Shown: positions 1 through 12,194, counted from the first letter of the stretch. The stretch: DNA of 64,000 nt from an uncultured Thermoleophilaceae bacterium (GCA_963752455.1 CAVVYE010000015.1:8029-72028); one strand, 5' to 3'. A program made the numbers and translations. Notes: a model not told the origin generated them from the letters alone.

Positions 1-247
1 GCGGGTAGAGGCGGCTGTCGGGCCGGAGCCCCACGGACACCAGCACGGGCAGCATCAGGAGCAGCCCGGAGGCGATCAGGATGTAGCCGCTCCAGCCGGT
101 GACGATGTAGCCCACGTTGAGGCGAAAGTCGTCGGCCATGGCCTCGATCGGGTGGTGCCAGAGCAGGAGCGGGGCGGCCGCGGCGAGGACGAATGCGGCC
201 AGAGCCGACATGCGGAGGGACAGCCGGGTGTACCGGGGCCGCGCCAC
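1..247 (-). CDS. hypothetical membrane protein, 5' part only (runs off the window start)
   Basis: Own minus-strand translation from GTG 247..245, with a GGGGA SD-like motif 4 nt upstream: VARPRYTRLSLRMSALAAFVLAAAAPLLLWHH...GYILIASGLLLMLPVLVSVG. Two hydrophobic spans and GC3-rich codons. Absent from the ORF track because it has no stop inside the window. Alternative in-frame ATG at 211. Confidence 0.45.
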   Translation of the reverse strand, partial: MARPRYTRLSLRMSALAAFVLAAAAPLLLWHHPIEAMADDFRLNVGYIVTGWSGYILIASGLLLMLPVLVSVGLRPDSRLYP

Positions 248-297
248 GTTTCCCCATTATCGGCAATAGGCGCCGGCGGGTGTAGGGCCATTCGGTC

Positions 298-1436
298 CTA
301 CCGGGGTGTGCCGGCCGGCTGGCCCACCACGGCGCGCACCGCCTCCACCACCCGCGCGACCTCGCCCTCGGTCAGCTGGGGGTAGAACGGCAGGGCGAGC
401 GAGCGCCGGGCCACGTCCTCGCACACCGGGAACTCGCCCTCGCGGTGCCCGAAGCGGTCGCGGTAGAGGCTCATGAGGTGAATCGCCGGCAGGTAGGGCT
501 TCGAGCCCACGCCGCGCTCGCGCAGCGCCCTGATGGCCGTGTCGCGGTCGATCTCGGGCGGCACCTGGACCACGTAGACGAACCAGCTGCGGCGGTCGCC
601 CCCGGCGTCCGGGCACGGGAGCTCGAGGCCCTCGACGTCGGCCAGGGCCTCGCTGTAGAGCGCGGCCACGCGGGCGCGGGCGGCCAGCATGTCGTCGAGG
701 CGCTGGAGCTGGGCCAGGCCCAGGGCGCACGAGAGCTCGTCCAGCCGGTAGTTGAAGCCCAGCCGGTCGTGGTCGAGCCAGCCCATGTCCGGCGCACGGC
801 CCTGGTTGCGCTCCGAGTCGATCCGCTCCTTCACCTCGGCGGACGGCGCCACCAGGGCGCCCCCCTCTCCCGTGGTGAGCTGCTTGTTGGGATAGAAGCC
901 GAAGGTGGCGAGGTGGCCGCGGTTCCCGACCCGGGCGCCGTCCGCATGCACGCCGCCCAGCGCCTCGCAGGCGTCCTCCACGATCCACAGCGAGCGCTCG
1001 GCCGCGAGGCGCTCGAACGCCGGCATGTCGGCCGGGTAGCCGAAGATGTGCACCGGGAGCAGGCCGGTGGTGCGCTCCGTGACCGCGGCCGCGGCGGCCG
1101 CCGGGTCGAGGTTCAGCGTGCGCGGATCGATGTCGCAGAAGACGGGCCGGGCGTTCTCGTAGAGCAGGCAGTTGGCCGACGCCACGAAGCTGAAGGGCGA
1201 GGTCACCACCTCGTCGCCCGGCTCCACCCCGGCGGCGCGAACGGCCAGGTGCAGCCCGGCGGTGCCGCTGGAGATGGCCGACACGTGCTCGGCGCACCCA
1301 GCCAGCGGCCGAGGGCGTCCTCGAACTCCGGCAGGCGCGGCCCGAGCGCGAGCTGGCCGGATCGCAGGGTGTCGAGCACCGCCCGCTCCTCCGGCTCGCC
1401 GACCAGGGGCCGGGCCAGCGGGATCGGATCGCTCAC
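298..1436 (-). CDS. DegT/DnrJ/EryC1/StrS-family PLP-dependent sugar aminotransferase (one apparent frameshift near 1291-1295)
   Basis: ORF 298..1284 carries the FYPNKQLTTGEGG lysine motif and the family C-terminus. The N-terminus VSDPIPLARPLVGEPEERAVLDTLRSGQLALGPRLPEFEDALGRWLGA sits in the frame of ORF 1203..3011. GTG start at 1436 abuts the cimA stop codon (1433..1435). Confidence 0.85.
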
Positions 1437-3011
1437 GCCGCGACGGGCGGACGGGGGCGCCCGGTGCGGGAGGGCAGCATGCCCGCCTCGAGCGAGTCCA
1501 CGAGCGCCTCCCAGCTGGCCTCGATGATGTTCTCGGACACGCCGATCGACCCCCAGGTGTCCTTCCCGTCGCCGGCGTCGAGCAGCACGCGCGTGACCGC
1601 CCCGGTGCCCTTCACCTCGTCCAGGATCCGCACCTTGAAGTTCACGAGCTGGATGTCGCGGATGTGGGGGTAGCGCTCGGCGATGGCCAGGCGCAGCGCC
1701 TTGTCGAGCGCGTTCACGGGGCCGTTCCCCTCGGCGGTGCGCACGTAGCGCTCGCCCTCCACCCAGATCTTGATCGTGGCCTCGGTCTGGACCTTGCCGT
1801 CCTCGCGCTTCTCCACGATCGCCCGCCACGACTCCAGGCGGAAGAGCGGCTCGTACTCCCCGGTCTCCCGGCGGATCAGCAGGTCGAAGGAGCCGTCGGC
1901 GGCCTCGAACTGGTACCCGCGGTGCTCGAGCTCCTTCACGCGCTCCACCACGCGGGCGGCCGTGTCGTCGTCCACGTCGGCCCGCGCCTGCACCGTGCCC
2001 TTGCCCGAGAGCTCGGAGATGAGCACGCGGCGGTCCGCCCCCACCTCGGCGGGGTCGAGGTGCTCGAAGGTGCGCGCGTCGCGGTTCACGCCGGCCACGT
2101 GCATGCCGCCCTTGTGCGCGAAGGCGTTGGCCCCCACGTAGGGCTGGTTCGGGTTCGGAGCGACGTTGCAGAGCTCGTCCACCAGGTGAGCCGTCTCGGT
2201 GAGCGAGCGCAGGCGCTCCCGCCCCACCGCCTCGAAGCCGAGCTTCAGCTCGAGCGCGGGCAGGATCGAGACCAGGTTGGCGTTGCCGCAGCGCTCCCCG
2301 TAGCCGTTCATGGTGCCCTGCACCATGCGCGCGCCGTGCTCCACGGCCACGAGCGCGTTGGCCACCCCGCAGCCGGCGTCGTCGTGGGTGTGGATGCCCA
2401 CCTGCACGCCGCCCGAGCTCGGCCACCACGCGGGCGGTGGCCTCCGCCACCTCGCTCGGAAGCGACGAGCCGTTCGTGTCGCACAGCGTCACGTTCTCGG
2501 CGCCCGCCTCGGCCGCGGACCGCAGGCAGCGCAGCGCGTAGTCCGGGTCGTCGCGGTAGGCGTCGAAGAAGTGCTCGGCGTCGTACACCACCCGCTTCCC
2601 CTGCCCCACGAGGAAGGCCACGGACTCGGCGATCATCCGCAGGTTCTCCTCCGGCTCCACCTGCGTGACCTTCTCCAGGTGGAGCGACCACGTCTTGCCC
2701 ACCAGCGTGCACACCGGCGCGAAGCACTCGGCCAGCCAGCGCAGCGAGGGGTCCGCGTCGGCGGCGGCGTCGCGGCGGCGCGTCATCCCGAAGGCGGCCA
2801 CCTCGGCCGTCTCGAAGCTCTCCCCGGCCAGGAGCTCGAACAGCGCCTCCTCCTTGGGGTTCGAGGCCGGAAAGCCGGCCTCGATGATGTGCACGCCGAG
2901 CGAGTCGAGCGCGTGCGCCACGCGCACCTTCTCGCCCGCGGAGAGCGACATGCCCTCGCCCTGCATGCCGTCACGCAGGGTGGTGTCGTAGACCAGGACC
3001 TTCTCTGCCAT
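1433..3011 (-). CDS. cimA: (R)-citramalate synthase, LeuA-related (one apparent frameshift near 2413)
   Basis: N-terminus MAEKVLVYDTTLRDGMQGEGMSLSAGEKVRVAHALDSLGVHIIEAGFPASNPKEE is the CimA-type signature. It continues in ORF 1433..2407 (VQVGIHTHDDAGCGVANALVAVEHGARMVQGTMNGYGERCGNANL plus a LeuA-dimer-like C-terminus). Confidence 0.8.
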
Positions 3012-3098
3012 TGGGTGAACGCCTTTCAGCTTGGGGGAACGAGCGGACGGAGACGGCGTGCTAGGCCGTCCACCTAATTCGCTTGTTCCGTGCGGCGT

Positions 3099-5071
<1,973 letters not shown>

Positions 5072-5106
5072 GGCGGAACCGTATCCGGCCCCGCCGTGCC
5101 CGGCGT

Positions 5107-5940
5107 TCAGCGTGCGCCCTGGATCGCGCCCAGGAGGTTCCCGTTGAACGGCTCCGTGCCCGCCACCAGCTGCACGCCGGTGAACGAGCTGTGGGCCCTC
5201 GCGTAGGCCAGCTCGCGGCTCAGGTCGCCGACCCCGTTGGAGAGCGGCGTCGGGGCGATGGCCACGGTGGAGAGGGTGCCGATGGCCTGTCCGGAGGCGT
5301 TCAGGAACCCGCTTCCCGAGTCGCCGGGGATGCCCGGAGTGACGGTGTAGACGGTGCGGCTCCAGCCGCCGCCCTCGGTGGCCACCACCACGCCCTGCTT
5401 GGGGCTCAGGAGCGTCACGCCCTGGCGCAGCGACGAGTTCCCGTAGGAGTAGACCGTGGCACCGGTCGCCGAGGCGCCGCCCACGCCGGTGGGGCCGCCG
5501 AATCCCGGCACCGACGGATTGACCTTGGCCACGTCGGCGGGATCGAGCCTGACCAGCGCCAGGTCGTTGTAGGCGCAGGCGTTGGGGTCGGTCTCACCGC
5601 GGGCCTGCATCGTCAGCCAGGAGCTGTACACGAGCGTCCCGGGACGGCTTGCGCCGTTGACCTCAACCGGTGTGCCGAGCGGCAGTGACCCGGAGTCGCA
5701 GCCGTCGGTGTCGGTGGCCGCGCCGGTGCTCGCGCAGTGCGCGGCCTGGCCGATGTAGGTGCCGCCGGAGTCGGTGTAGATGAAGTTGGCGGTGCACTGC
5801 CCGCCGGCCGTGTAGGTCATGACCCCCGGATGCACGGTGGCCTGGCTCGCCGGCGCCCACGCACTCGCCACGGCGGCCGGCATCATGCCGGCGACCGCGA
5901 GAGCGAGGACGACGACCGGGACGATCCTGCGCCTCGGCAT
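5107..5940 (-). CDS. secreted S1-family (chymotrypsin/alpha-lytic-like) serine protease
   Basis: Signal peptide MPRRRIVPVVVLALAVAGMMPAAVASA. Catalytic triad context AAHC, NDLALV, GDSGSG. GGGGGA SD-like motif upstream of ATG 5940. Intact. Confidence 0.8.
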   Translation of the reverse strand: MPRRRIVPVVVLALAVAGMMPAAVASAWAPASQATVHPGVMTYTAGGQCTANFIYTDSGGTYIGQAAHCASTGAATDTDGCDSGSLPLGTPVEVNGASRPGTLVYSSWLTMQARGETDPNACAYNDLALVRLDPADVAKVNPSVPGFGGPTGVGGASATGATVYSYGNSSLRQGVTLLSPKQGVVVATEGGGWSRTVYTVTPGIPGDSGSGFLNASGQAIGTLSTVAIAPTPLSNGVGDLSRELAYARAHSSFTGVQLVAGTEPFNGNLLGAIQGAR

Positions 5941-6001
5941 GTGTTCCCCCACTGTCGTTTGCACTACCCCTGCGGGGGGCGTACCCGCGCGTGCGTGCGA
6001 A

Positions 6002-6775
6002 CTATGCGCGGCGTGCCTGGATGTTGAGGCGCACGTACTCCAGCGTCAGCGGCTCGCCGGACCGGCGCACCACCTCCTCGGCGTAGGGCGCGCGCAGCTC
6101 CTCGGGAAGGGCCTCCAGGTGGTGACCGAGGCACACGGTGCGCGCGTACTCGAGCGGCTCGCCCGGGTTCACCGGCCAGGGCTGGAGCCAGCAGCGCACG
6201 TCCTCGAAGCCGGCCGCACGGAGCCGCTCCTCGGTCTCCTCCGGCGCGGCGTAGTTCCAGGGGCCCACGAAGTCGGTCATGTGCTCGGCGTACGGCGGCT
6301 CGGAGGCCACCTCGTCGGCCAGGCGGCGGAAGCGATCGATGTTCCCCTTGCCGCCGCACTGGGCCACGAGCCGGCCGCCGGGGCGCATGGCCGCGTGGAG
6401 ACGGGCGAACAGGGCGTCGTGATCCTGGATCCAGTGGAAGACGGCGTTGGAGAACACGGCGTCCACGGGCTCGGGCACCGTGAGCTCCACGAGGTCCACC
6501 GGCGGGAGCACCTCCACCCGCGGGTTCCCCGCGAAGCGCTCGCGCGCCTCGTCGACCATCGAGGGCGCCGCGTCCGCGGCCACCACCCGCCCGTCGGGAA
6601 GCAGCTCCAGCAGCATCGCGGTGACCCGTCCCGAGCCGCAGCCCGCGTCGAGCACCGACTCGTGGCCCTCCAGCTCCAGCCGCTTCAGCACCTCGCGCGC
6701 CATGGCCACCTGGGGATCCGAGACGCGGTCGTAGCTTCGGGCGTCCCAGTCGCGGGGACCGGCTTCGGCGCTCAC
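6002..6775 (-). CDS. class I SAM-dependent methyltransferase, trans-aconitate methyltransferase (Tam)-like
   Basis: 257 aa from GTG 6775, with [12 protein letters not shown] (SAM motif I), [35 protein letters not shown] and an overall Tam-like layout. The GTG start overlaps the leuD TGA (GTGA). Confidence 0.65.
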   Translation of the reverse strand: MSAEAGPRDWDARSYDRVSDPQVAMAREVLKRLELEGHESVLDAGCGSGRVTAMLLELLPDGRVVAADAAPSMVDEARERFAGNPRVEVLPPVDLVELTVPEPVDAVFSNAVFHWIQDHDALFARLHAAMRPGGRLVAQCGGKGNIDRFRRLADEVASEPPYAEHMTDFVGPWNYAAPEETEERLRAAGFEDVRCWLQPWPVNPGEPLEYARTVCLGHHLEALPEELRAPYAEEVVRRSGEPLTLEYVRLNIQARRA

Positions 6776-7336
6776 GCCGCGGACGTGGTCACGGGGCCGC
6801 TCCGCTCGCGGTCCCGCTCGTACGCGGTGATGTGGTCCTCGTCCAGGAGGGTGACGCCGATGTCGTCGAGGCCGCCGAGAAGGCGGCGCTTGATCTCCTG
6901 ATCGATCTCGAAGCGGGCCACGCCGCCCGGCGTGGGTCACCGTCTGCTCCTCCAGGTCGATGCGGGCCTCGCCCGCTCCCATCACGGCCCTCACCTCGTC
7001 CTCCGAGAGCACCACCGGCAGCAGGCCGATCTTGGTGCAGTTGGAGAAGAAGATGTCGCTGAAGCTCGGCGCGACGATGGCCCGGAAGCCGTAGTCCTCG
7101 AGCCCCCAGGGCGCGTGCTCGCGCGAGGAGCCGCAGCCGAAGTTGCGCCCGGTGGCCAGGATCGGGTTGGGCGGCAGGTCCCACCCCGGCTGCTTGGCCC
7201 AGTCGTAGAAGAGGAACTCGCCGAACCCGGTGCGCTCGATCCGCTTGAGGAACTGCTTGGGCATGATCTGGTCGGTGTCCACGTCCTCGCGGTCGAGCAC
7301 GGACACGCTGCCCTCGATGACGTTCACGGCGTTCAT
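6772..7336 (-). CDS. leuD: 3-isopropylmalate dehydratase small subunit (one apparent frameshift near 6926-6928)
   Basis: [46 protein letters not shown]...[13 protein letters not shown]. After removing one base from a CCC run, the C-terminus reads [41 protein letters not shown] overlap with leuC. Confidence 0.9.
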
Positions 7337-8699
7337 GACCACTCCCGGATGTCGACGAAGCGTCCCTCGATGGCAGCGGCGGCGGCCATCTGCGGGCTCA
7401 CGAGGTGCGTGCGCCCGCCGCGGCCCTGCCGGCCCTCGAAGTTGCGGTTGGAGGTGGAGGCGCAGCGCTCGCCCGGATCGAGGGTGTCGGGGTTCATCCC
7501 CAGGCACATCGAGCACCCGGCGGAGCGCCAGTCGAAGCCCGCTTCCGTGAAGACCTCGTGGAGCCCCTCGGCCTCGGCCTGGGCCTTCACCCGGGCCGAT
7601 CCGGGCACCACCATGGCGTTCACCGTGGAGGCCACCCGTGCGGCCCTTCACGATCTCGGCCGCGGCGCGAAGGTCGCCGATGCGCGAGTTGGTGCACGAG
7701 CCCAGGAACACGCGGTCGAGCCTGATCTCCTGGATCGGGGTGCCCGGCCTCCAGCCCCATGTACTCGAGCGCCCGGCGGTCGCCGTCGTCCTGCGGCTCC
7801 GGCACCGCGGCGGTCACGCCGGTGACCATCGCCGGGTTGGTGCCCCAGCTCACCTGAGGCGAGATCTCGGCGGCCTCGATCGTCACCTCGGTGTCGAAGG
7901 CGGCTCCCTCCTCGGTGGAGAGGCCGCGCCAGTCCTCGATCGCGGCCTCGAAATCGTCCGGCGCGCCCTGCCGTCCCTCGACCCACTCGAAGGTGGTGTC
8001 GTCGGGCGCGATCATCCCGGCGCGGCCGCCGCCCTCGATGGTCATGTTGCACACGGTCATGCGGCCCTCCATCGAGAGGCCCCGGATGGCCGGGCCCGAG
8101 TACTCGATCACGTGGCCCACGCCGCCGTCCACGCCGATGCGGCCGATGGTGGCCAGGATCAGGTCCTTGGCCGTGACCCCGGGCGCGAGCTCGCCGTTGT
8201 AGGAGATGCGCATCGAGCGCGGCTTGCGCTGCTGGAGCGTCTGGGTGGCCAGCACGTGCTCCACCTCGCTGGTGCCGATGCCGAAGGCCAGTGCCCCGAA
8301 GGCGCCGTGGGTGGAGGTGTGCGAGTCGCCGCACACGATCGTCATGCCCGGCTGCGTGACGCCCAGCTCGGGGCCGATCACGTGCACGATGCCCTGGCCC
8401 TCGGAGCCGATCGAGTGGATCGGGATGCCGAACTCGGCGCAGTTCTCCTCCAGCGTGCCGATCTGCTTGCGCGAGAGCGGGTCGCTGACCATGGGCAGCG
8501 CGCTGGCGCCGTCCGTGGGCACGTTGTGGTCCGCGGTGGCCAGCGTGCGGTCCGGCCGCCTCACGGTCCGCCCGGCCAGGCGCAGCGACTCGAAGGCCTG
8601 CGGGCTCGTCACCTCGTGCACCAGGTGCAGGTCGATGTAGATGAGCCCGTCGTGCACCTCGTGGCGCTCCCAGATCTTGTCCAGCATCGTCTTTGGCAT
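7333..8699 (-). CDS. leuC: 3-isopropylmalate dehydratase large subunit (two apparent frameshifts near 7744 and 7636)
   Basis: [15 protein letters not shown]...[26 protein letters not shown]...[11 protein letters not shown], then [23 protein letters not shown], then [21 protein letters not shown]...[10 protein letters not shown]...[10 protein letters not shown]. Confidence 0.92.
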
Positions 8700-9300
8700 C
8701 ACGACCTCCTGAGGCCGGCGGCCACGACCGCGAGGAAGCGGGCGTCGGTCTCTCCTGGGTTCTCGAAGTGGTGGGGCAGATCGGCGTCGAAGGTCACCGA
8801 GTCGCCCGGTGGCGAGATCGTGACCGGCGCCGTCGCACACCAGGCGCACGGCGCCGTCGGTGACCACGGCGGTCTCGCGGCTGCCCGGCTCGTGCATCGG
8901 CGGGTCGCCCGGGCCCCCGGTGGACGGCTCCGGCGGCGAGCGTGTGCACCGACACCTCGGCCCGCTGCCCCGGAACGGCCGGGGTGAGGACCTCGAAGCT
9001 GTGGCCGCGGGCGTGGGCGCCGCCGGCCAGCCGCTCGCCGCTGCGCACGACGGTGACCGAGCCGCCCTCGTCCAGGCGCAGCAGCTGCGACAGGGTGAGC
9101 TCCAGCCCGGTGGCGATCCGGCCGGCCAGCGACAGCGTGGGGCTGGTCTCCCCCCGCTCCACCTGGCTGAGCATCTGGGCCGACACGCCGGAGCGCTCGG
9201 CCAGGTCGCGCAGCGAGAGGTCCATGGCCTCGCGGAGGGCGCGCACGCGGGGGCCGACGTTGAGGTGCTGCTCGGGGGTCTGCGGGCTCGCGACGGTCAC
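8699..9300 (-). CDS. XRE-family HTH plus cupin-domain transcriptional regulator (two apparent frameshifts near 8940 and 8810)
   Basis: [55 protein letters not shown], then cupin strands ...HSFEVLTP...AEVSVHTL.../...[23 protein letters not shown].../...[28 protein letters not shown]. The TGA stop shares one base with the leuC ATG (TGATG). Start is uncertain: GTG 9300, or in-frame ATG 9390. Confidence 0.75.
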
Positions 9301-9379
9301 TGGACGCGCGTACGTTATCACGGACGCAGGCGAACGCCTGCTGGGCAAGGAGGGTGCGGATCGGGGGGTTTGGCTCTCT

Positions 9380-9394
9380 ATGCATGCCATGCAT
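9380..9394. promoter_or_regulatory. 15-nt perfect palindrome ATGCATGcCATGCAT, candidate operator upstream of the XRE-cupin gene
   Basis: Read directly from the sequence. AT-rich relative to its surroundings, embedded in a tandem ATGCATGC repeat, 80-94 nt upstream of GTG 9300. Confidence 0.35.
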
Positions 9395-9396
9395 GC

Positions 9397-9446
9397 AAAA
9401 GGAGCCACACGCCCCACCCAGCCGCCGTTTTCGGACCCGCGGCTCC
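9397..9446 (-). terminator. possible intrinsic terminator after the Fe-ADH-like gene
   Basis: On the minus-strand RNA, GGAGCC (9446..9441) pairs with GGCUCC (9406..9401), with internal GCCGC/GCGGC pairing, followed by UUUU (9400..9397). The long imperfect loop makes it weak. Confidence 0.25.
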
Positions 9447-10466
9447 TACAGCGCCGCGCGCACCAGCTCCGCGAGCTCCGCCTCGTCCGGCGGGTCGGGC
9501 GTGTTGCCCACCGCGGGGTGCTGCGCGGCGGCGCGGGCCACCTCCTCGACCCTCCCCTCCTCCATGCCGAGCGTGGCCAGGCGGGTGTGGCCGCAGCGGG
9601 CGGAGAGCTTGGCCACGCGCCCGGCCGCGGCCTCGGGGTCGCTGTCCGGGTCGCCGAGCGCGTGGGCGAACTCCCCGAGCACGCCGATGCGCGCGCGGGG
9701 CCATCAGCCGCGCGCTGTGGGGCAGCAGCACCGCGTTCGTCTCGGCGTGCGGGCGTGCCCGCGACCCTCACCAGCGGTCTGGCTCACGGCGTGGTGCACG
9801 GCGATGCCCGCGGACCCGGCGGCGTACCCGGCCAGGATCGCGCCGAGGGCCAGGTCCTCCGCGCCGGGCGGATCGGTGGTCACGCCCGCCGCGATCAGGC
9901 GTCGCCGCGCGCAGGGCGGCCAGCTCGGCCATCGGGTTGGCCATCGGCGTGTAGAGCGCCTCCAGGGCGTGGGCCAGCGCGTTCATCGCCGTCGCGGCCA
10001 GGCTGGGACCGGGCTTCGAGGCCATCAGGCCCGGGTCGGCCACCACCAGCACGGGGCGCACGAGGCGGGCTCCCTCCACCCCGGCCGGGGTGCGGTGGAA
10101 GCCGGTCATCTCCGCGCCCGACAGCGTGGTGGGCAGCGCGGCCACCGGCCGCGCCGCTCACTCCGCCGATCGCCTTCGCCGTGTCCAGCACCCGGCCCCC
10201 GCCGAGCGCCACCAGGGCGAGGTCGCCGGCCTCGCCCGAGCAGGTCCCGCGGAGATCTCGTCCACCCGCCCGGCCGGCACGTGGATCACCCTCTCGGCGC
10301 CGCTCCGCGAGCGCCGGCACCAGCCCCTCGGCCCGCTCGGTGGTGAGCAGCGCGTAGCCGCCCAGTCCCGCCTGCGTCGATCAGGCCCGGCGCCTCGTCC
10401 GCGACGCCCGGCGCCGAAGCGGACGGTGCGCTCGCCGTCGCGCCAGGTGAAGCCGCTCCCGCTCAA
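9446..10466 (-). pseudogene. iron-containing alcohol dehydrogenase / maleylacetate reductase-like gene, at least 9 frame changes in about 1 kb
   Basis: Fragments in three frames read in series: SGFTWRDGERTVRFG, VADEAPGLIDAGG, GGYALLTTERAEGLVPALAER, SGAERVIHVPAGRVDEISAG, GDLALVALGGGRVLDTAKAIGGVSG, VAALPTTLSGAEMTGFHR...AATAMNALAHALEALYTPMANP, RLIAAGVTTDPPGAEDLALGAILAGYAAGSAGIAVHHAVSQT, AETNAVLLPHSARLMAP, LGEFAHALGDPD...AELAELVRAAL. The TTG start overlaps the leuA stop (TTGA). Confidence 0.65.
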
Positions 10467-12072
10467 GGAGTGGGCGTGGTGCGGGACGCCTCCTCGAGGT
10501 GGTGCTCGGCCTCGTCGGCGGCCGAGCTCCAGTCCCGCTCGGCCTTGGCCAGCGCGTTGGAGAGCGCCCGCAGGTAGGCCTTGCCCGACGCCTCGAGGAT
10601 GTCGGTGGACACGCCCGGCGCCCGAGGCCAGCTGCGCCGCTCAGCTCGAGCACGACGGTCACCTCGCCGAGCGCGTCGCGGCCGCCGGTGACCGCGCTCA
10701 CGTGGTACTCCCGGAGGCGGGCGTCGTGGCCCACGGCGGCGTTGATCGCGCTGAAGAACGCGTCCACCGGCCCGTCGCCGGTGAAGCTGCCCGACTCCAC
10801 GCTGCCGTCGGGCAGCCGCACCCGCACGCGGGCGAGCGGAGCGCGGGTGTTGGAGGCCTCCACCTCGAAGGCCTCGATCACGTAGGCGGTGGGCACCTGC
10901 TTCATCTCGTCGGAGACGATCGCCTCCAGGTCCGGCGCGGTGACCTTCTTCTTCTTGTCCGCCAGCTCCTTGAAGCGCTTGAAGGCCGTGTTCAGCGCGG
11001 CGCCGTCCACCTGGAAGCCGAGGTCCTCCAGCGCCTTGCGCAGCGCGTGGCGCCCGGAGTGCTTGCCCAGCACGATCGAGTTCGCGTCCAGCCCGATCGT
11101 GGTGGCGTCCATGATCTCGTAGGTGGTGCGCTCCTTGAGCACGCCGTCCTGGTGGATGCCCGCCTCGTGGGCGAACGCGTTGCGGCCCACGATCGCCTTG
11201 TTCGGCTGCACCGGGTAGCCGGTCAGGCGCGACACGAGCCGCGACGTGCGCGCGATCTCCCGCGTCACCGCGCCGGTCCAGAGCCCGACGGTGGACTCGC
11301 GCGTGTGGAGCAGCATCACGATCTCCTCGAGCGAGGCGTTGCCCGGCCCGCTCGCCGATCCCGTTGATCGCGCACTCCACCTGGCGCGCGCCCGCCGTGA
11401 GCCCGGCGAGCGAGTTGGCCACGGCCATCCCCAGGTCGTCGTGGCAGTGCACGGAGACGGTGACGTCGCGCAGGCCCGGCACCAGCTCGTAGAGGCGGCC
11501 GAACATCTCCGCGTACTCGTGGGGCATCGTGTACCCCACGGTGTCGGGGACGTTGATCGTGGTGGCGCCCTCGTCCAGCGCGATCTGCACCACCTCGGCC
11601 ATGAACTCCACGTCGGAGCGCGAGCCGTCCTCGGGGGAGAACTCCACGTCGTCGGTGTAGCGCCCTGGCCTGGGCGACGGCGGCCCGCGCCTGGCCCTTC
11701 ACGTCCTCGCGGGTGGTCTGGAGCTTGCGCTCGATGTGGATGTCGCTGGTGGCGATGAAGGTGTGGATGCGCGGGCGCTCGGAGTCCTTGATCGCGTTCC
11801 ACGCGGCGTCGATGTCCGCCTTGGAGCGTGCGCGCCAGGCCGCAGATCACCGGGCCGTGGACCTCGCGCGCGATGGCCTGCACCGACTCGAAGTCACCGG
11901 GCGAGGTGATCGGGAAGCCGGCCTCGATCACGTCCACCCCCAGGCGGGAGAGCTGGTGCGCGATCTCCACCTTCTCCGTGCGGTTGAGCGAGATGCCCGG
12001 CGACTGCTCGCCGTCGCGAAGCGTCGTATCGAAGATCCGTACTCGGTCCTGCTCGCTGCGTCCGTCGCTCAT
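10463..12072 (-). CDS. leuA: 2-isopropylmalate synthase (about four apparent frameshifts near 11830, 11660, 11340, 10630)
   Basis: [68 protein letters not shown], ...[48 protein letters not shown]..., ...[26 protein letters not shown]..., and a LeuA-dimer regulatory C-terminus. Confidence 0.9.
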
Positions 12073-12194
12073 GTCATCGCCCTCTTCTTCGTCCTACCTG
12101 TATTCCCCTTGAGCTTGCGGCTGGCGGCCGCCACGCGTTATTCCCCCCGAGGGGGGAGAAGAAGGAGAAGGCGCAGGCGGGAACGGCGAGACAT
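12073..12194 (-). promoter_or_regulatory. leuA leader: 18-codon Leu-rich leader peptide ORF (12138..12194) plus G/C stem-loops
   Basis: Minus strand ATG 12194..12192 to TAA 12140..12138 encodes MSRRSRLRLLLLLPPRGE. The last codons lie in a C6-UC-G6 hairpin (12143..12156). It is followed by the palindrome UGGCGGCCGCCA (12122..12133) and a second GGGGAAUA copy. leuA ATG is 65 nt downstream of the leader stop. Confidence 0.6.

Noticed and set aside
445-2668. Long plus-strand ORFs (445..1527, 1172..2668, and many similar ones across the window) opposite well-conserved minus-strand genes.
   Set aside because: Their translations are Arg/Ala/Gly/Pro-rich with no recognisable motifs. They are the usual stop-poor shadow frames of GC-rich DNA, and the opposite strand encodes clearly conserved enzymes.
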